Source: Obrimoposthia wandeli
Lineage: Eukaryota
Assembly (NCBI GenBank): GCA_977020255.1
Contig: CDROCS010000983.1
Location: 186,001 to 250,000 of the forward strand
Direction: 5' to 3'
DNA length: 64,000 nt
How positions within the stretch are numbered: the stretch's first letter is position 1; the number at the start of each line of letters is the position of its first letter. Below are positions 32,816 to 46,561 of this stretch, in pieces. The notes under the pieces are model-generated. The model did not search any database. It was not told where the DNA came from and worked only from the letters and a program-made list of their open reading frames with translations. The position numbers were made by a program, and so were the translations under genes.

Positions 32816-34779
32816 TGTTAGGTTTAGGAATTAGAAAATTAAAATAATTAGTCGATTTTATACTAAAATAAAAATCCTTGAAAGCAAGGTTGAAAATTAA
32901 ATTAAATATTAATTTTAAAAATCAAAACTAAAATTATTGAAATTAAGATAAAAATTAGGAGGACCACGAAGGTCGTGTATAGTGTGGAGTATATAAGGTT
33001 AGAATTAATTACTAGTAAAGTGCAAAAGGGAACAATATAGAAATCTGCCAACGTCAGCAGAAAAAAGAAAAACTACTAACGTCAGCAGAAAGGTAACCAA
33101 TTAATAAAACATCTGTCAATTACTGATATTTAAGGAATCAGTTGAATTGACAGGCAGGCAGAAAAACCCAGTGACAATTAGGATCGGTCGAAGCAGCAAC
33201 CGGAGCAACAGGCAGGTGGTAATTTAGTGGTAGTGCTCGTTTAATTGATTTTTAGATCCCATTCCAAAGTCGACTGTGCAAATTATTTAAAAGAGACATT
33301 TAACTGGAAAACCCAACGACAATCAAAGTCGACTGTGCAAATTATTTAAAAGAGACATTTAACTGGAAAACCCAACGACTAGAAAAATCCATCGAATTAC
33401 TAAGCAGCGGATCCAGTGCCGGAGTATACCCACAGTTGCGGATAGGTGAGACGATTCGAATATTCATTGTCCCTCGTTGACAATTAGGATTGTAAATTGT
33501 CTCGAATATTCATTGTCCCTCGTTGACAATTAGGATTGTAAATTGTCTCGAATATTCATTGTCCCTCGTTGACAATTAGGATTGTAAATTGTCTCGAATA
33601 TTCATTGTCCCTCGTTGACAATTAGGATTGTAAATTGTCTCGAATATTCATTGTCCCTCGTTGACAATTAGGATTGTAAATTGTCTCGAATATTCATTGT
33701 CCCTCGTTGACAATTAGGATTGTAAATTGTCTCGAATATTCATTGTCCCTCGTTGACAATTAGGATTGTAAATTGTCTCGAATATTCATTGTCCCTCGTT
33801 GACAATTAGGATTTAATTGTCTCGCATATTCATTGTCCCTCGTTGACAATTAGGATTTAATTGTTTCGCATATTCATTGTCCCTCGTTGACAATTAGGAT
33901 TTTTGTCTCGCATATTCATTGTCCCTCGTTGACAATTAGGATTTTGTCTCGCATATTCATTGTCCCTCGTTGACAATTAGGATTTTTGTCTCGCATATTC
34001 ATTGTCCCTCGTTGACAATTAGGATTTAATTGTCTCGCATATTCATTGTCCCTCGTTGACAATTAGGATTTTTGTCTCGCATATTCATTGTCCTTCGTTG
34101 ACAATTAGGTTCACGAAATCATTGTCCATCGTTGACAATTAGGTTTTATACGAATCATTGTCCACAGTTGACAATTCGCGTTTGAATTCACAACAATAGA
34201 ATTTGCCGAGTTAAGAAAGCTTTACCCACACGATCTAAGTTAAGTTGAAGAAGTTTTAGGAGAGTTGTGTTATAAATTAACCAACCTAGAAAGAAGATTT
34301 GCATTCGCACCTTTATTGTCATAAGAATAAAGGTTTAACCTCCAAAATTCAAGCCGATAGCAAAGTTAAATTATTGAGAAATCTGTAGCGCGAGCTTATT
34401 CTCGAGTTAGAAGAATAACTCTAAAATCTCGATCACCCCGAACGTAAAATCGATACGTGGTTCATCCCCACTTGTTGTAGAGACTTACAGAAGTCTTAGG
34501 AACTTTTAATATATTTTTTAGAAAATACGTACATAAACGTATTGTTGTGTTTAGTTTCGTGAATTACCAATAAACGATTTCCTACATTAGAACAAGTTGT
34601 TTTTGCACCCTTCAGATTAAGAGACGTCAAAACAAACACCTTCAGATAAGAAAGAGAGATAGGCAACTATAACACTAAGTAGGCCACGACCAACTTTAAG
34701 ACCTGCTTCTATTCGAACTCACGTTGGGGCCCTCCACATTCAAGAGGATCTGTACAAGTTTCGTATAGAAACCCCAACA
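32816..34779 (+). mobile_element. Solo LTR C (1964 bp)
   Basis: TGTTAGG...CCCCAACA with 4-bp TSD AAAT (32812-32815, 34780-34783); ends closely similar to LTR A; 60-bp internal duplication at 33264-33380. Confidence 0.92.
33458..34175 (+). repeat. Tandem array of 17 hairpin repeats (core CATTGTCCCTCGTTGACAATT), 46-bp unit degrading to 44/42/41 bp
   Basis: Cores at 33463 then every 46 nt to 33785, shorter spacings afterwards; ATTGTC/GACAAT inverted arms. Confidence 0.95.
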
Positions 34780-35385
34780 AAATCACAAATACGTTTAAAA
34801 AGATTTAAATTATGATTTTATGTCTAAATTTAATTAAATTATTACTGTTTTTAAATAAAATTTATATATCAGAATCTGATGTAGATACTAAAGAGATTAT
34901 TATGGAAAATAATATTACAGATATAGATTATTTGAATCTTACTAAACTGCGAGCTTAAATACGTGGCTCTCAAAATATTTAAAATATGGAATTTTTTAAC
35001 TTTTTTGTATATTAGCTAGAATGATGCTATTTCGATAAAAAATTTAAATCTATATTGTATTTGTCACCTTCTAATATATAAATTGAAAATTATTTATTCT
35101 TAGACCATTTTATATTTAATCAACTTCTGTTAAGAAAATGATATACTGAATAATATTTTATCAAAAACTACTTTGAAAAAAATGCTTCAAAGAAAAATTT
35201 GTGTGAAAATATATTCTTTAAACTTATTTATCATAAGAAAAATTGCCAAAGTCTAAAAATCGAAAATAATCTCATAACATACTACAAGTTTTGATGATTT
35301 GTCATAAATATTATCTGCAAGTGTTGTGGTGTAAAGTCCAGCTGGATTTTCTGTGCTTTGGTGCAATTGAATAAATCATTCCATA

Positions 35386-35508
35386 TCATTCCAGAGATGA
35401 ATGTTCAGTTGAGTTTGACATGGGTTTCTTTGATTTGGTTCCCATCCATGACTTGAAGAGATCCCAAGTCGCTTTTCGTAAATTTCCGTCAAGTGTGGCG
35501 TATAGAAG
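35386..35508 (-). CDS. Putative terminal exon of the GPCR (TM7 end/helix 8)
   Basis: TTGTCATTATAG acceptor then LLYATLDGNLRKATWDLF...E*; phase 0, completing NP|LLY with the exon ending at 54788. Confidence 0.65.
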   Translation of the reverse strand, partial: LLYATLDGNLRKATWDLFKSWMGTKSKKPMSNSTEHSSLE

Positions 35509-36487
35509 CTATAATGACAAATTAATCAATTAATATAAATTTGGTGAGTGTAAACTTTTCACCCAGAATATTAGCAATAGTAGTGGCTTAAATTTTATTA
35601 AACTTCATTAGACAAAGTGAATAAATGATCTACTAATCAAATAGTGCTCGTATTGACGAATTACTTCCGGAATTATGAATGCTGAAATGTGTCAAAATAA
35701 AATTTTGAGTAATATAAAAGCACTTTATGAGTGTCTAGTTTTTCCTCGATACGTCTACAAATTAAAAAAAGGATTTAGCACAGTCAAGTACAGCAAGGCG
35801 AAAGCAAGATTATTTAAGAAGGGAAAATATAACTTTTTTATACTTGTCAGGGATTTCAACAGGTCTAAACCTTATCGAAATTATAGAAGGCAACATACTG
35901 AAACGCTTAGATTTATAGAAACATGATTCTGCAAATATTTGTTGAAAGACATACAAAAATTGTATTACATTTCTATAACAACCACCTGAAATCTGGTTAA
36001 ATTTATGCTTATAAGATTTAAATTGGTCAAGAAAAATGGTTAGCCTATAAAACACTAAACTTTGTAAACCTTTATTAAAACAAGCATTAGTAACGTTTTT
36101 CGTTCTATTTCCTATTTTTCTAGGAGGTTACGCTAACTTTTGACGAGTACTGTATTATTACTAACAAGACGGAATCAATATATTTATTATGTTTGTAACA
36201 TCTTTTGGGCTTCATCATATACTTTAAATAATCTTTTGTTTCGACTTGAAGCCACCTTCTTTTAAAAGCCGTTTTAATTTAGTAATTGAAAATTCCATTT
36301 AACTGAATTGCATATTCTAGTTAAATGCTGTGTATTAATAATAATAATAATTCAATACATTATTTGATCACAATATTTGCTAAAAAAATTATTTTTAATT
36401 AAAATATCGTTATTTTAAAATATTGAAAAATAATTAATAGAAAGTCTTATAAATATCGTTATTTTAAAATATTGAAAAATAATTAAT

Positions 36488-36616
36488 AGAAAGTCTTATA
36501 CGAAGAATGAAAAATTAAAGATAATCAAATTAGCAAAAGAAGCAAATATAATTCGTGCCACAGTGAACAAATCTTCAATAGATGAATCAAATATTAGAAG
36601 ATGGCTTAAGAATGAA
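36488..36616 (+). pseudogene. Brinker-type HTH, pogo-like transposase N-terminal relic
   Basis: RKSYTKNEKLKIIKLAKEANIIRA...IDESNIRRWLK matches the SYT-x2-FKLKVI...I-x-E-x2-VR-x-W pattern. Confidence 0.5.
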
Positions 36617-36764
36617 TCCAGTATGAGCGTTAAATTTATAAATTCCAGATCTCGAAGAATATGCATTTTAAAGTGGCTTGAATTAGAATAGAAAATACGA
36701 ACGTGGGTGGTTGAAATGCATTTGAAACGGAGTATAGTATCATCTGTGGATATTCAAGTATACA

Positions 36765-36875
36765 TGAAGGTGAATGTGTCATCTTTAATCCACCCCTGGA
36801 GGGGGAGAGGGCTACCACTGTTCATGTAAACCGTGCATGTGTGTGGCGTGAAACTTTATGCATGTGTAGGGGCAC
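36765..36875. mobile_element. Degenerate left-hand Polinton-type TIR (same family as 40682/43315/48642)
   Basis: TAATCCACCCC...GGGCTACCACTG...AACCGTGCATGTGTGTGG matches the TIR at 40700-40770. Confidence 0.6.
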
Positions 36876-39800
36876 ATACTTACATGTCAGACATTTAACA
36901 ATCTGTTATAATTGATGAAATTGTCTCAGAAACTGAATACTTTAAATGCGGAGCTCCTAAGTTTGATTCTTGGTCCAATCCGATTTTTGATTTAAACTTA
37001 GTCAATTGTAGCTATTAATAACAGATCAAATAATAATTTCTACTTTTATGCTGAAGACACAAATGTATTGGAAAATCTTATTAATCAAATAGTTATATGG
37101 ATGAAATCAAGATAATTCTTATTGAATGAAACTAAAGCTGAGGCTATATCACTTTTAAAAGAATAATATCAACAAACAAAAGGTTATATGCAAATTAGTA
37201 GAAAATTATTAAGATAAAATCTAAGATAAAAAATATTGATTGCGTTCACAAGGAAAACATCAGAATGAATTCTCAAAAATAGTGTATAGAACAGGAAAAA
37301 TTCATATCTAAAATATATAATTAAAAAGAAAATACCTTACTACTGAGATAACTAAAATGCCAGTACATACAATTATTTCATCAAGACTTAATTTTAAAAC
37401 AAATTTTGTTTAATATTCCAGCTTATCAATTAAATTGTTTACAAAACTGAATGAAGCTCAATATCAGAATTGAATTCAAGATCCTAATTATTATCAAAAA
37501 TATATTCTATCACACTTAAAACAAACAAGTAGTCTTCTCCAGTCTGTTGCAGTGAGAATGTTTTGCATCTTAGGAACAACGACGATGACTGCAGATTGGC
37601 CATAAATTCTTAAACAACAGAAGGATGCTAAATTTGAAATTTATGCTCCGAATCTGTACAATGATCTACTGATGAATATAATAATTATATATCATAATAG
37701 TTACCTATTGTGATATAATTGCATAGGAGCCAAAAATATAACTGGAATAAGTCCTTTTTATAATTGACACTAAATTATAATCGTATAACCGTATAACCGT
37801 GATCCAGAGTCTTTTTTAAATTTTAATTGACTAGCTTTTGACGTATGCCAGATATTGAACATTTACGTTACAGAATCATATTGTGATTTTAACCCGATTA
37901 GTTTTGTGTGGTTACATTTTATGTTTTGACATTTTACTATAACCTGTACTTTTAAGCCGTGTTTGTCGAAATTTTCTAAATGTATGAGTTAGAATTTTTG
38001 TCGGCCTGCGAAGCTATAAATGAAAATGAAATAAATTATTTAAATTCTTTTTATAGTATATTATACGTGTGAAGAGTGACTAGTTCAGCCAGTCAGACTA
38101 ACCTGTAATTTGTTTTCAAAAAACCCTCCAATGATACAGCAAAATAAAAGACCACTTCATGCTACCATTCATAGAATGTTCAGTATGCCTACAAATTGTG
38201 CTCCAACACCAAGAAAGAATTTTTGAATTATTCGTTAGGTCTTCGTAAATAATACGTTTTAATATGAATGTTTCAAAATCCGAGTGAGCATCAACGATAA
38301 TAGGGGGCTGGTTGTGAAATATATCAAAATAATCTTTAATTACCTTAGACATATGGATCAAACTTTTCACAGACACACACAGAAGTGTAAACTATGTAAG
38401 AAAATATTTAAGAAATACCTAAACAAATGGTCGATTAAAATCAATGACAATAATAATAAAAATGAAACTACCGTAAAATTTACATAATGAAATGATTAAT
38501 GAATTATAACTAATTATGGCAAAATTCAGGTCAGCTTTTTGTTTAACAATTTAAATATATATTAATCAAGCACAAATGCTACAGCCATCTGTGATTTCTC
38601 CAGAACCTTAGGAAGAAACTGAAACATTCATGTTATATTTCGGTTAATTAAACTAAACTAGATTTAGGAATCTACAGAATATTTATACACTAATAAGTTC
38701 CTTTTAAAGTGTTCTTGGGAAATTATGCATGGCTAATGGAAAGATACACAGATAGTCTATCACATTTTTCTAGATAGTTTAGATTGTCGCAGAGAAACAT
38801 TCACGCGGCATTTAAAAATTTTAAATTATTTTAGTATTTTATACAATATTTATTATAAAACAACGCATAAGAGATTAGTCAAAATATTAAAGGGATAAAA
38901 TATGTAAACTTTAAAACTTTTAATAACTAATTTATTTACCATAAAATAATGTGGCATGACTTGGTAGAAAAGAAAATTATATTCAAGAATAATAAAATTA
39001 TTTTGGTTGTAATTGTAATTTCTGACTTTACTCTTAATTTTTCGTCAAGTTCTTTCAGATTTAAAACATTTAAAATATTATTCAAGTCCAAACTAAATTC
39101 AAAACACAAAAGTGTTTTGTTGAATAAATCTGAAAATCTATGAAAATATGACAAAAATTGTAGGAAACGGTTAAGAATACCTAAATACTAAAAATACATA
39201 TGTGTATTTATAAAATATACTCAATGTTTTAAATCTTGAGATTGACACCGTTTGAACCAATCACATAGATGGAGAATAATTCAAACATACAAACAACATA
39301 TCATAAAAATTTTATATGGTTATCTAATTGTGTATTTAGTAAGTTAAATTGTATTATAATATTATACAATTATTTAATTCATGTGGGTAACTTATCATAA
39401 TTTAAAATGTTTAATTAGTTTTTATATATACCATCAATCAACTTTGATTCTAAAAAATGTTTTTATACTTTTCATTTATATAAACTTTTCACAGTTAAGG
39501 TTATTAATATTTAATTGAACAAAAGTATTTTGAGAATTTAAATTTAATCACATTTTAAATATAAGTTAGATTATCATGCGTTTTTTAATGTATGACTGTA
39601 CATGTCGTAGATGGGTATAGAAAAATTAGTTAGAGTCATTGTTGTACTATTTTAAAATGTACAAATATTTTAATCTTGGATGAACCGTTTGTCACAGGAA
39701 ATCTAACGGGGGAAAGGTCATACGCGGTATCTTCTAACTTAATCATTTGAATTTTAAAGGTTAATAATATTGAATTGGTGACGAATCTATAGATTTAAAA

Positions 39801-40681
39801 GAGGATATAAGTATTGAAAAGAATTAGAAGACTTTTTAAATGAGTAAAATTTCAAACTATATGCTTATTTAAGTTGTAAAATGTAATTTTAAATAGGTTT
39901 AATATATATAATTTTAAAATATGATTTTGTAGTCGGTCCAAAGAGGCGTAGGTAGAAGGCAGTTGAGTTGTTTTAATACCCTATGTTGAATTTATGGTTT
40001 TACATTAAAATTAAGCTTAAATCTGAAACTTTTCAAAATATTTGAGGTTAACGTATCATGCTGACCAATATTCAGTACATTTGTATAATACTACTAATAC
40101 TATATTTTTATTACTGGAATAGAAATACAACCCTTTTTACTCATAACTGTTACCACTACCTTAATTGGTCAAATGATCGATCGCAGATGCAATTGGGAAC
40201 GTTTGTATTTCCATATTTTTATTTTACACAAGATTCTCTAAATCTGATACAAATACGCACATTCAAAGTTAGCAGCTATTTCTTCTGAATTTCTGTTTAT
40301 TGACTAAAGACAACCTACATTAAGGTATAGTTATTAAGTATAACATGGGTGGCAAACAAGTTGATAGTGATAGAGAGGTCAATATCATCTAAATTGGTGG
40401 TTGATCACATTAAATAAAAATCGACCTCTTCTGACCAATAACATAATGTTAGAAATAAAAATAAGTATTGTTTGTAATAAACTGAATTACTTAAGCTTCT
40501 CTTATTATATATAATTAATACATATAACATAGTTACAATAAAAATGCAGATGTGCCCAAACACAAGTCATTTCTACAAATGCTGTAACGGACAACATAAT
40601 GATAAGGACACACAAAGGCGTTGTAGGAAAAACACGTTTGTTTTACTTTTCTGTCCAGAACCCTAGATCCCTGGCGACATA

Positions 40682-43315
40682 AGTAGGTGGATGTGTCCGG
40701 TCTAATCCACCCCTCTCCCCCTGTGGGGGCTACCACTGTCCTTTAAAACCGTGCATGTGTGTGGAGTGAAATTTTCTACCACCCTAACACTCAAAAAAAC
40801 CTAATTAACCCCATATAACACCCTGAAGCTGACGTGAGACGGCATCCTGTTGCCCTCGCGAATCTGGAAGCATTGCTGGTGTATCCTGTTCCGCTAGGAA
40901 TTCGTCCAATCCAGCTTCATCCCAGGCCCTCTTCAAGTTCTGGCTGGTTATTGGACGCGGAGAAGCCGTCTCCCAAGCCCTGGCCAAATTTTGGTTTATA
41001 CTCAATGTCTCCTACAGGCGTCGTTGACTCGGTGGCGGACTAATCTCGATCGGTGAGACTGGGATCCTCTCGTATAGAATTGGCCCGTCGTCCACTGGAG
41101 ATGGGAGAATCTACTACCGTCCAATCACCGCCTCAGAAGAATGGCAAATAGAGGTGCTACATTTTCTCGAGAACTTTTGCTCGCTTCGTCCGTTTCTTGG
41201 GAAAAGGAGTAATTTCTCCCCAAGTCTCCTCAATTATCCGGACGGGTTCCTGCAAAAAAAAACATTAATAACATTTTTAATAACATTTATTTATTTAAAA
41301 AATAATTAAATATCTAAAAATGTACCTCAATAATCTGATACGGAAGTTTTTCCTGTTGCTCTATCGATACCTCGGTCGATTTGAGCAGACAGGATTTCGC
41401 CTTTTTAAGGCGCCTCGTTTTCCGTACAGCAGCCCGCTTCGTTCGTTTCTGCGGGAAAGGATAAATTTTGCCCCACGTCTCCTCAGTTAATTGTATTGGT
41501 TCCTGCAACAAAAAACATCAATAAAATTTAAACATATAAATAATTTACCTCAATGACAGCCAGTTTAGGCTGTTTTACCAATTTGGCCTTCTTCCTGTGG
41601 ACTGTCTAAGTTTTGACCCGATGGCGTCGCGGTTTCCTCACTACCGCCTACTTCCTATAAGCGGGTAGTTTAAGAGTTGCCTCCTCCCAAATTTCCTCCT
41701 CCAAGTCGGCTTCCTATGAGAATAATTAAAATTATTATTTAATTTACAATAATTTACCTCAATTTTATCCGGAGTCGGTAGGTAACGCTGATCACTCCTG
41801 GGATCATCCTGGCTACATTGACTCGCCAAGTACTGCAGTTCAATTAGCCTCTCAATCGTGGTCACTGACGGTGCCAAATCCAGTTGCAGTTTCTGAAAAT
41901 AAAATTAAAAAACATTTTAAATAAATGATATCTAACCTCATTCGTCGCCTTTATTCTCCTAACAGAACGTATCGGAGATTGCGGCCTTCTAAACGGTTCA
42001 GGGACCGTATTGTCGGCTGTCGGAGTTGGAGTTGCAGAGGGAGTGAGACCGTCCCAATCGTCGGTGAACAGGTGCCACTCGTCCTCATCCAATTCTGCCA
42101 CCATTGACTCGTTGTCTCCTGGGGCTCCGATACTTGGTTGTATCCATTCGTCGATGAATGGAGTCAAGTCCTCCTCCCCATCCGACGGTACGTCATCGGT
42201 GATCAGCTCCTCGTCTGAGTCTGGTGCGAGGACTATCTCCGGCTGAGATAGCGGGATCAATTTCCAGGGGCGTTTGATTGCTGCCGCAAAATTGTCGAAG
42301 AGATTGGATCTCCTTGCTGCTACTGCCGAAGTTGCTGGACGAGTAGCTTCTGGGTTCTGAACGGGAGTACAGTCTTCCCAATTCTCAATCGAATCCTGAC
42401 TAGTCAGGTCGATATATTGGGATCTCTGTACTCCACCTCTCACCTCCATTGGTTCTTCTCTTAGAGTTGAGCTGGCCAATGGCGCTTCTTCTTTTAACAG
42501 CTCCGCTCTTTCTGCTGCTTCTCCTTCGTCTCCTTCGCTCACCACCGACGAGTCTTGACTAAGTAAGTCAATGTACCGCGCCGATGGTGGCGTTTGCTGC
42601 TGTACTGGAGAGAGATCCCCATACAGTTGAACCTCCATCTCTTCGCCTAGGTCAACGTTGTTGTAGAATGGCATTCTTGATTTATGATTTTGATTTATGA
42701 AAAATAATGAAAAGAGGTTTCCTTATATACAAAAACAACAGACTAACTCTCTTTTGTCGTCCAATCAGAGCGGGTTATTCAAATAATTTATTTGAAAAAT
42801 CCATAGGCTTTTCTCAATTTTTTAACTACGTTTGAATGCGAGAATATCATTGAATAAAAATAATTATTCGAAAATAGTACTATTTTCTTAAGTTTTTGTT
42901 GACTGAGTTCAATGTCCAATGAGTGTGTATTATTCAAATAATTTATTTGAAAATTTATAGTATTTTCTTAATTTTTTGTTGATGATTGAATACATTTATA
43001 TCTTTTGATTTAAAATAGTAATATTTTGTTGACTGTACATGTTTGGAGGGTATAATGTAAGAAAAACTAGCCTTTTGAGTGTATCTGGATATAAATTCTT
43101 AAAAGGAAATTTTTCGCGACCCTGTATATATGTATTGCTCGTCAGGCCACCTGGAGGGATTTTCAATTTTAAATGGTGTTATATGGGGGTAATTATTTTT
43201 TTTTAGTGTTGGGGGGTAGAAAATTTCACTCCACGCACATGCACGGTTTTAAGGGACAGTTGTAGCCCCCGGGTGAGGGGGAGGGGGTGCATTAGACCGA
43301 ACACATCCACCTACT
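40682..43315. mobile_element. Non-autonomous Polinton/Maverick-like element (2634 bp) with cargo gene
   Basis: ~141-bp TIRs (40682-40822, 43175-43315) starting AGTAGG and ending CCTACT; exact 6-bp TSD GACATA (40676-40681, 43316-43321). Confidence 0.88.
41157..42674 (-). CDS. Cargo gene, 5 phase-0 exons; acidic disordered protein with SIM-like motifs and basic repeats; TAG in exon 3
   Basis: Exons 42674-41937, 41892-41758, 41713-41549, 41502-41326, 41249-41157 with GT-AG introns of 44, 44, 46, 76 nt; in-frame TAG at 41650-41648 gives 312 aa. Confidence 0.7.
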
Positions 43316-45329
43316 GACATATCCCTTGTTGTGGACCTGCCAGTAGCGGTGGTTTCTTGGTATGTGGTTCGACGCCAACCAACTTCATTGATGCCCGAAT
43401 CGTTGCACGGATGTTGATCATCCGTAATCGTCTGTTTCATTGTGGGATGTGGTTTCGTTGTTGAGGATCAATGTAGCATATAATTAGGCGTCCAAGAAAA
43501 AAAAACATCACATAAGACCATCGTTGTCATTTGGGTTTCGAATCATACTTTCAGATAAGCTTCTCCAGAGTATCCGCTCCAGATTTAGTGGAGTTGTAAA
43601 ATTGTACAACAATGCGTTTGCCTTCCAATTGGTTTTGTTTAGACCAATGTGATATGATAGAAGAAGAACGGGTTACTTTTTTTATCCCAGAATGAATATA
43701 GCACATTGTTATTCTCGGATAAGTGAACTGTTTCGTCCTCTATCCTGTTTGCTGTACTTCTTGCTGTATGTGGAATTTCACGTCGGTTCGATCTTATGTT
43801 TCATACTATAGTCGTTTTTGAGCAAGCAAATGCATGGACAGTTTTAGTTAAAGAAATAAGTTATCAGCTGTCACGTTTTGTCAAGTTTTAAGAAACGTCA
43901 TAGCTAGCTTCATTTCTATTGCCTCAGAAATGGAGTACACTATATATTTTTCTTGAGAAGATAGAGTGTCATTACCGATGTAATCAAAGGGAATGTGTTG
44001 TTGTCAGTCACCCAATAAATCATAATGCCAAATTTACCCGGTTTTGTAGGTATGTATTGTCTAAAGCGTATGCAGCCACAGCAAAGAATGGTCTCGGTGA
44101 AAAATTGTTTTGCAAAGCATCGTTGATTAGAGTGACAGTACTTCTTAACGAAGCATGTTTTTTCGATATATGATACGGATAGATACATGCAGTTCAAGAA
44201 GAGCATTAATTTCTTCTTTGTTAGTATTGTGCTATTTTATGGCAGGATGCTCTCTGAAGATTTCTTTTTGGTATTGTAGGTTTCTATACATTGTCTCGGC
44301 GACGATATAATCATCAAGAAAGGTGCTAAGAGCTTCCAAAGGTGATTGTGGGTGTAATATATCACGAAAATTAAAATCTAATTAATTCAGCATATATTAA
44401 AATGACTTTAAACATTATTTTCCAAACTATTAAAGTATTTTACCTTAAATCTCTAATGATAGGCCCAACTGGGCACGTCTGAATTATAAAATATACAATT
44501 TTAATTAAGAAAAGTGCCCAGTGAGAAGATTAGCTTGGGTTGCCTTCCAACAGCTTGTGTGCTACGACCAGTTTATTCCATTTGAAGAAACAAGATATAG
44601 ATCATTGTGGTGATCTCCATCGGATTCCTCTTCGTATCCAATTACAATTTCATCATCTTCTTCATCAGTTGTATTTCCTATCCTGTATAATATATCTTCA
44701 TCTAATATTTCATCATCACTGGTGGTGTTATTATCACTCAGTTATCCAGTATCGTCGAATATTGCTGGTCTCTCCACTTCCATAACTACATGACCTGGCA
44801 TAGTCTCCACTAATTCGTCTTCGTCTTCAACATCTAAGATATTATGCAATTCAACATCACGTACATATATAGCGTTTCATATGTGTGCGACGTGCTATCA
44901 TAAAAAAACTAATATTATAATGTATAAATGTTTCAAAATATTACAGTTACTACAGATTGTTAACTAAACATTAGCAATTTATAAAAGAAACCATACGTTT
45001 GTATAAATTTAATATACTAAATAATTGATGCCAATTATATAAAACCCAGCTTACCATTTAGTAGATTACATTTATGATAAACTATCAAATTGATTTTATT
45101 GGTTCAATTATTTTTTTAGTATTTTCAATGAGTTTCAATGAATTATAAATGTTTATTGCAAATTTCTCTTTCATATAACTTGTATCTAGAAATAAAATAT
45201 TTTAATTTCAATTAATATAAATAATTTTTTCAAGTTTTCACTTTTGCGCTTGTTTAGTTAAATAAACATCTAACATCGTTGAAAATTCCAGCTTAGAATT
45301 GTCAATTTTTAATTTAATGCTATATTATT

Positions 45330-45830
45330 TTTGTAATGTAAATACTTGTTTATTTCTAAAATAATAAATTGAACATGTTTAGGAGTTGTTTAAAGCATTA
45401 AAAGTGACTTTTTCTCTCTTTTGAGCCATCAGATTCAAATACACAAACATAATGATTACCAATGTTTTGAAATAATTTGACGTTTGTATTTATGATTCCA
45501 TGGATTTAATTTATAAAAGTTTTATTTTATTTCTATGAAAATTCCCAACCAAACATCTTAGATCCACATCAATATAAGCACATTATTTATTTTACTATTG
45601 TAGTTTTCAAATATAACAAATTTTGGGTTTATGGAAGTAATTTAGACAATCACATAAAATTCAATGGAGAATCTTATTCATTTTTATTATATTAAATTTT
45701 CGCCACATCGAAATAGTTTTTAACACGTGCCAGATAATATATTTAAATTAGATTGGCAAATTGGAGATTTTGGTGCTTACGTATTATACGTTTGTTAAAA
45801 AACATAACTGGTCGGATGAGCTAGTATTCT
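45330..45830 (-). pseudogene. Possible second pPolB relic (C-terminal part)
   Basis: Weak similarity only (HQNLQF; YIDVD; LVGNF); highly decayed. Confidence 0.3.
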
Positions 45831-46561
45831 TGTTTAATAACATTATGTTTTTCTTTTAACAGTGACTCATTGCTAGACTCAATAATCCAGCAAATATATG
45901 TACGTGTAACTGATTTCGGTAAATCTATAAAATCAAAGTTTAATGTTAATTGGATGCTAATGACTGACTCTATCACATATTATCATTTTCTCACCCATCA
46001 CCCACTCACCCATGATTCCTTCCTAACTAAAGTATTTTATTCCTGGTGTGCTTATGAATTGATTTCTAAATTAGTTGTATTTAGCATTTTGTGATGGCAT
46101 ATTGTAATGATCATAAATATATAAACTTTTAAACAAAATTGATCATTTTCAAATGCATATTTGAACTATAATGATATTCTTATCTTATATAATAATTTGA
46201 TTAAATAATTTTAAAAAACAAAAAAATAATTTATTACGTTATTGTAACAGGATAGGATAAAAAAGAAGGAGCATAAAAAGAAGAAAGCTCCAAGGAAGAA
46301 TAAGGCTTCAATACAGTCAACTTCAAGTTGCATCACCTCCCAAAATATTGCGTCCACTATTGCCCAAGCTCCCAGGGACTGCAATTCCTCCACCAGTGAT
46401 TGTGCAGCTGAATAGGAAGCTGGGCTGACCAAAGAAGAAGCAGTTGTACCTCATGAACATCGCCCACTAGGAATATTGCTGAGGATGATCCCGATGATGA
46501 CTTTGTTAAATGTTTAAATGTTTAAATAATGACTGAACTTGCTGATTAAAAAATTCTTTTC

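Larger units (their letters stand above)
40533..44850 (-). pseudogene. piggyBac-type transposase relic split by a Polinton-like insertion
   Basis: Acidic N-terminus; FLDDYIVAET; RFRQYIPTKPGKFGI; NVTADNLF; IRSNRREIP; FYNSTKSGAD; RWS; C-terminal DRK..C..VC..H Cys-rich domain at 40533-40680. Confidence 0.85.

Noticed and set aside
41549-41713. Stop-codon reassignment to explain in-frame TAG/TGA codons
   Set aside because: Intact ORFs in the window end normally at TAA/TAG/TGA; decay is sufficient.
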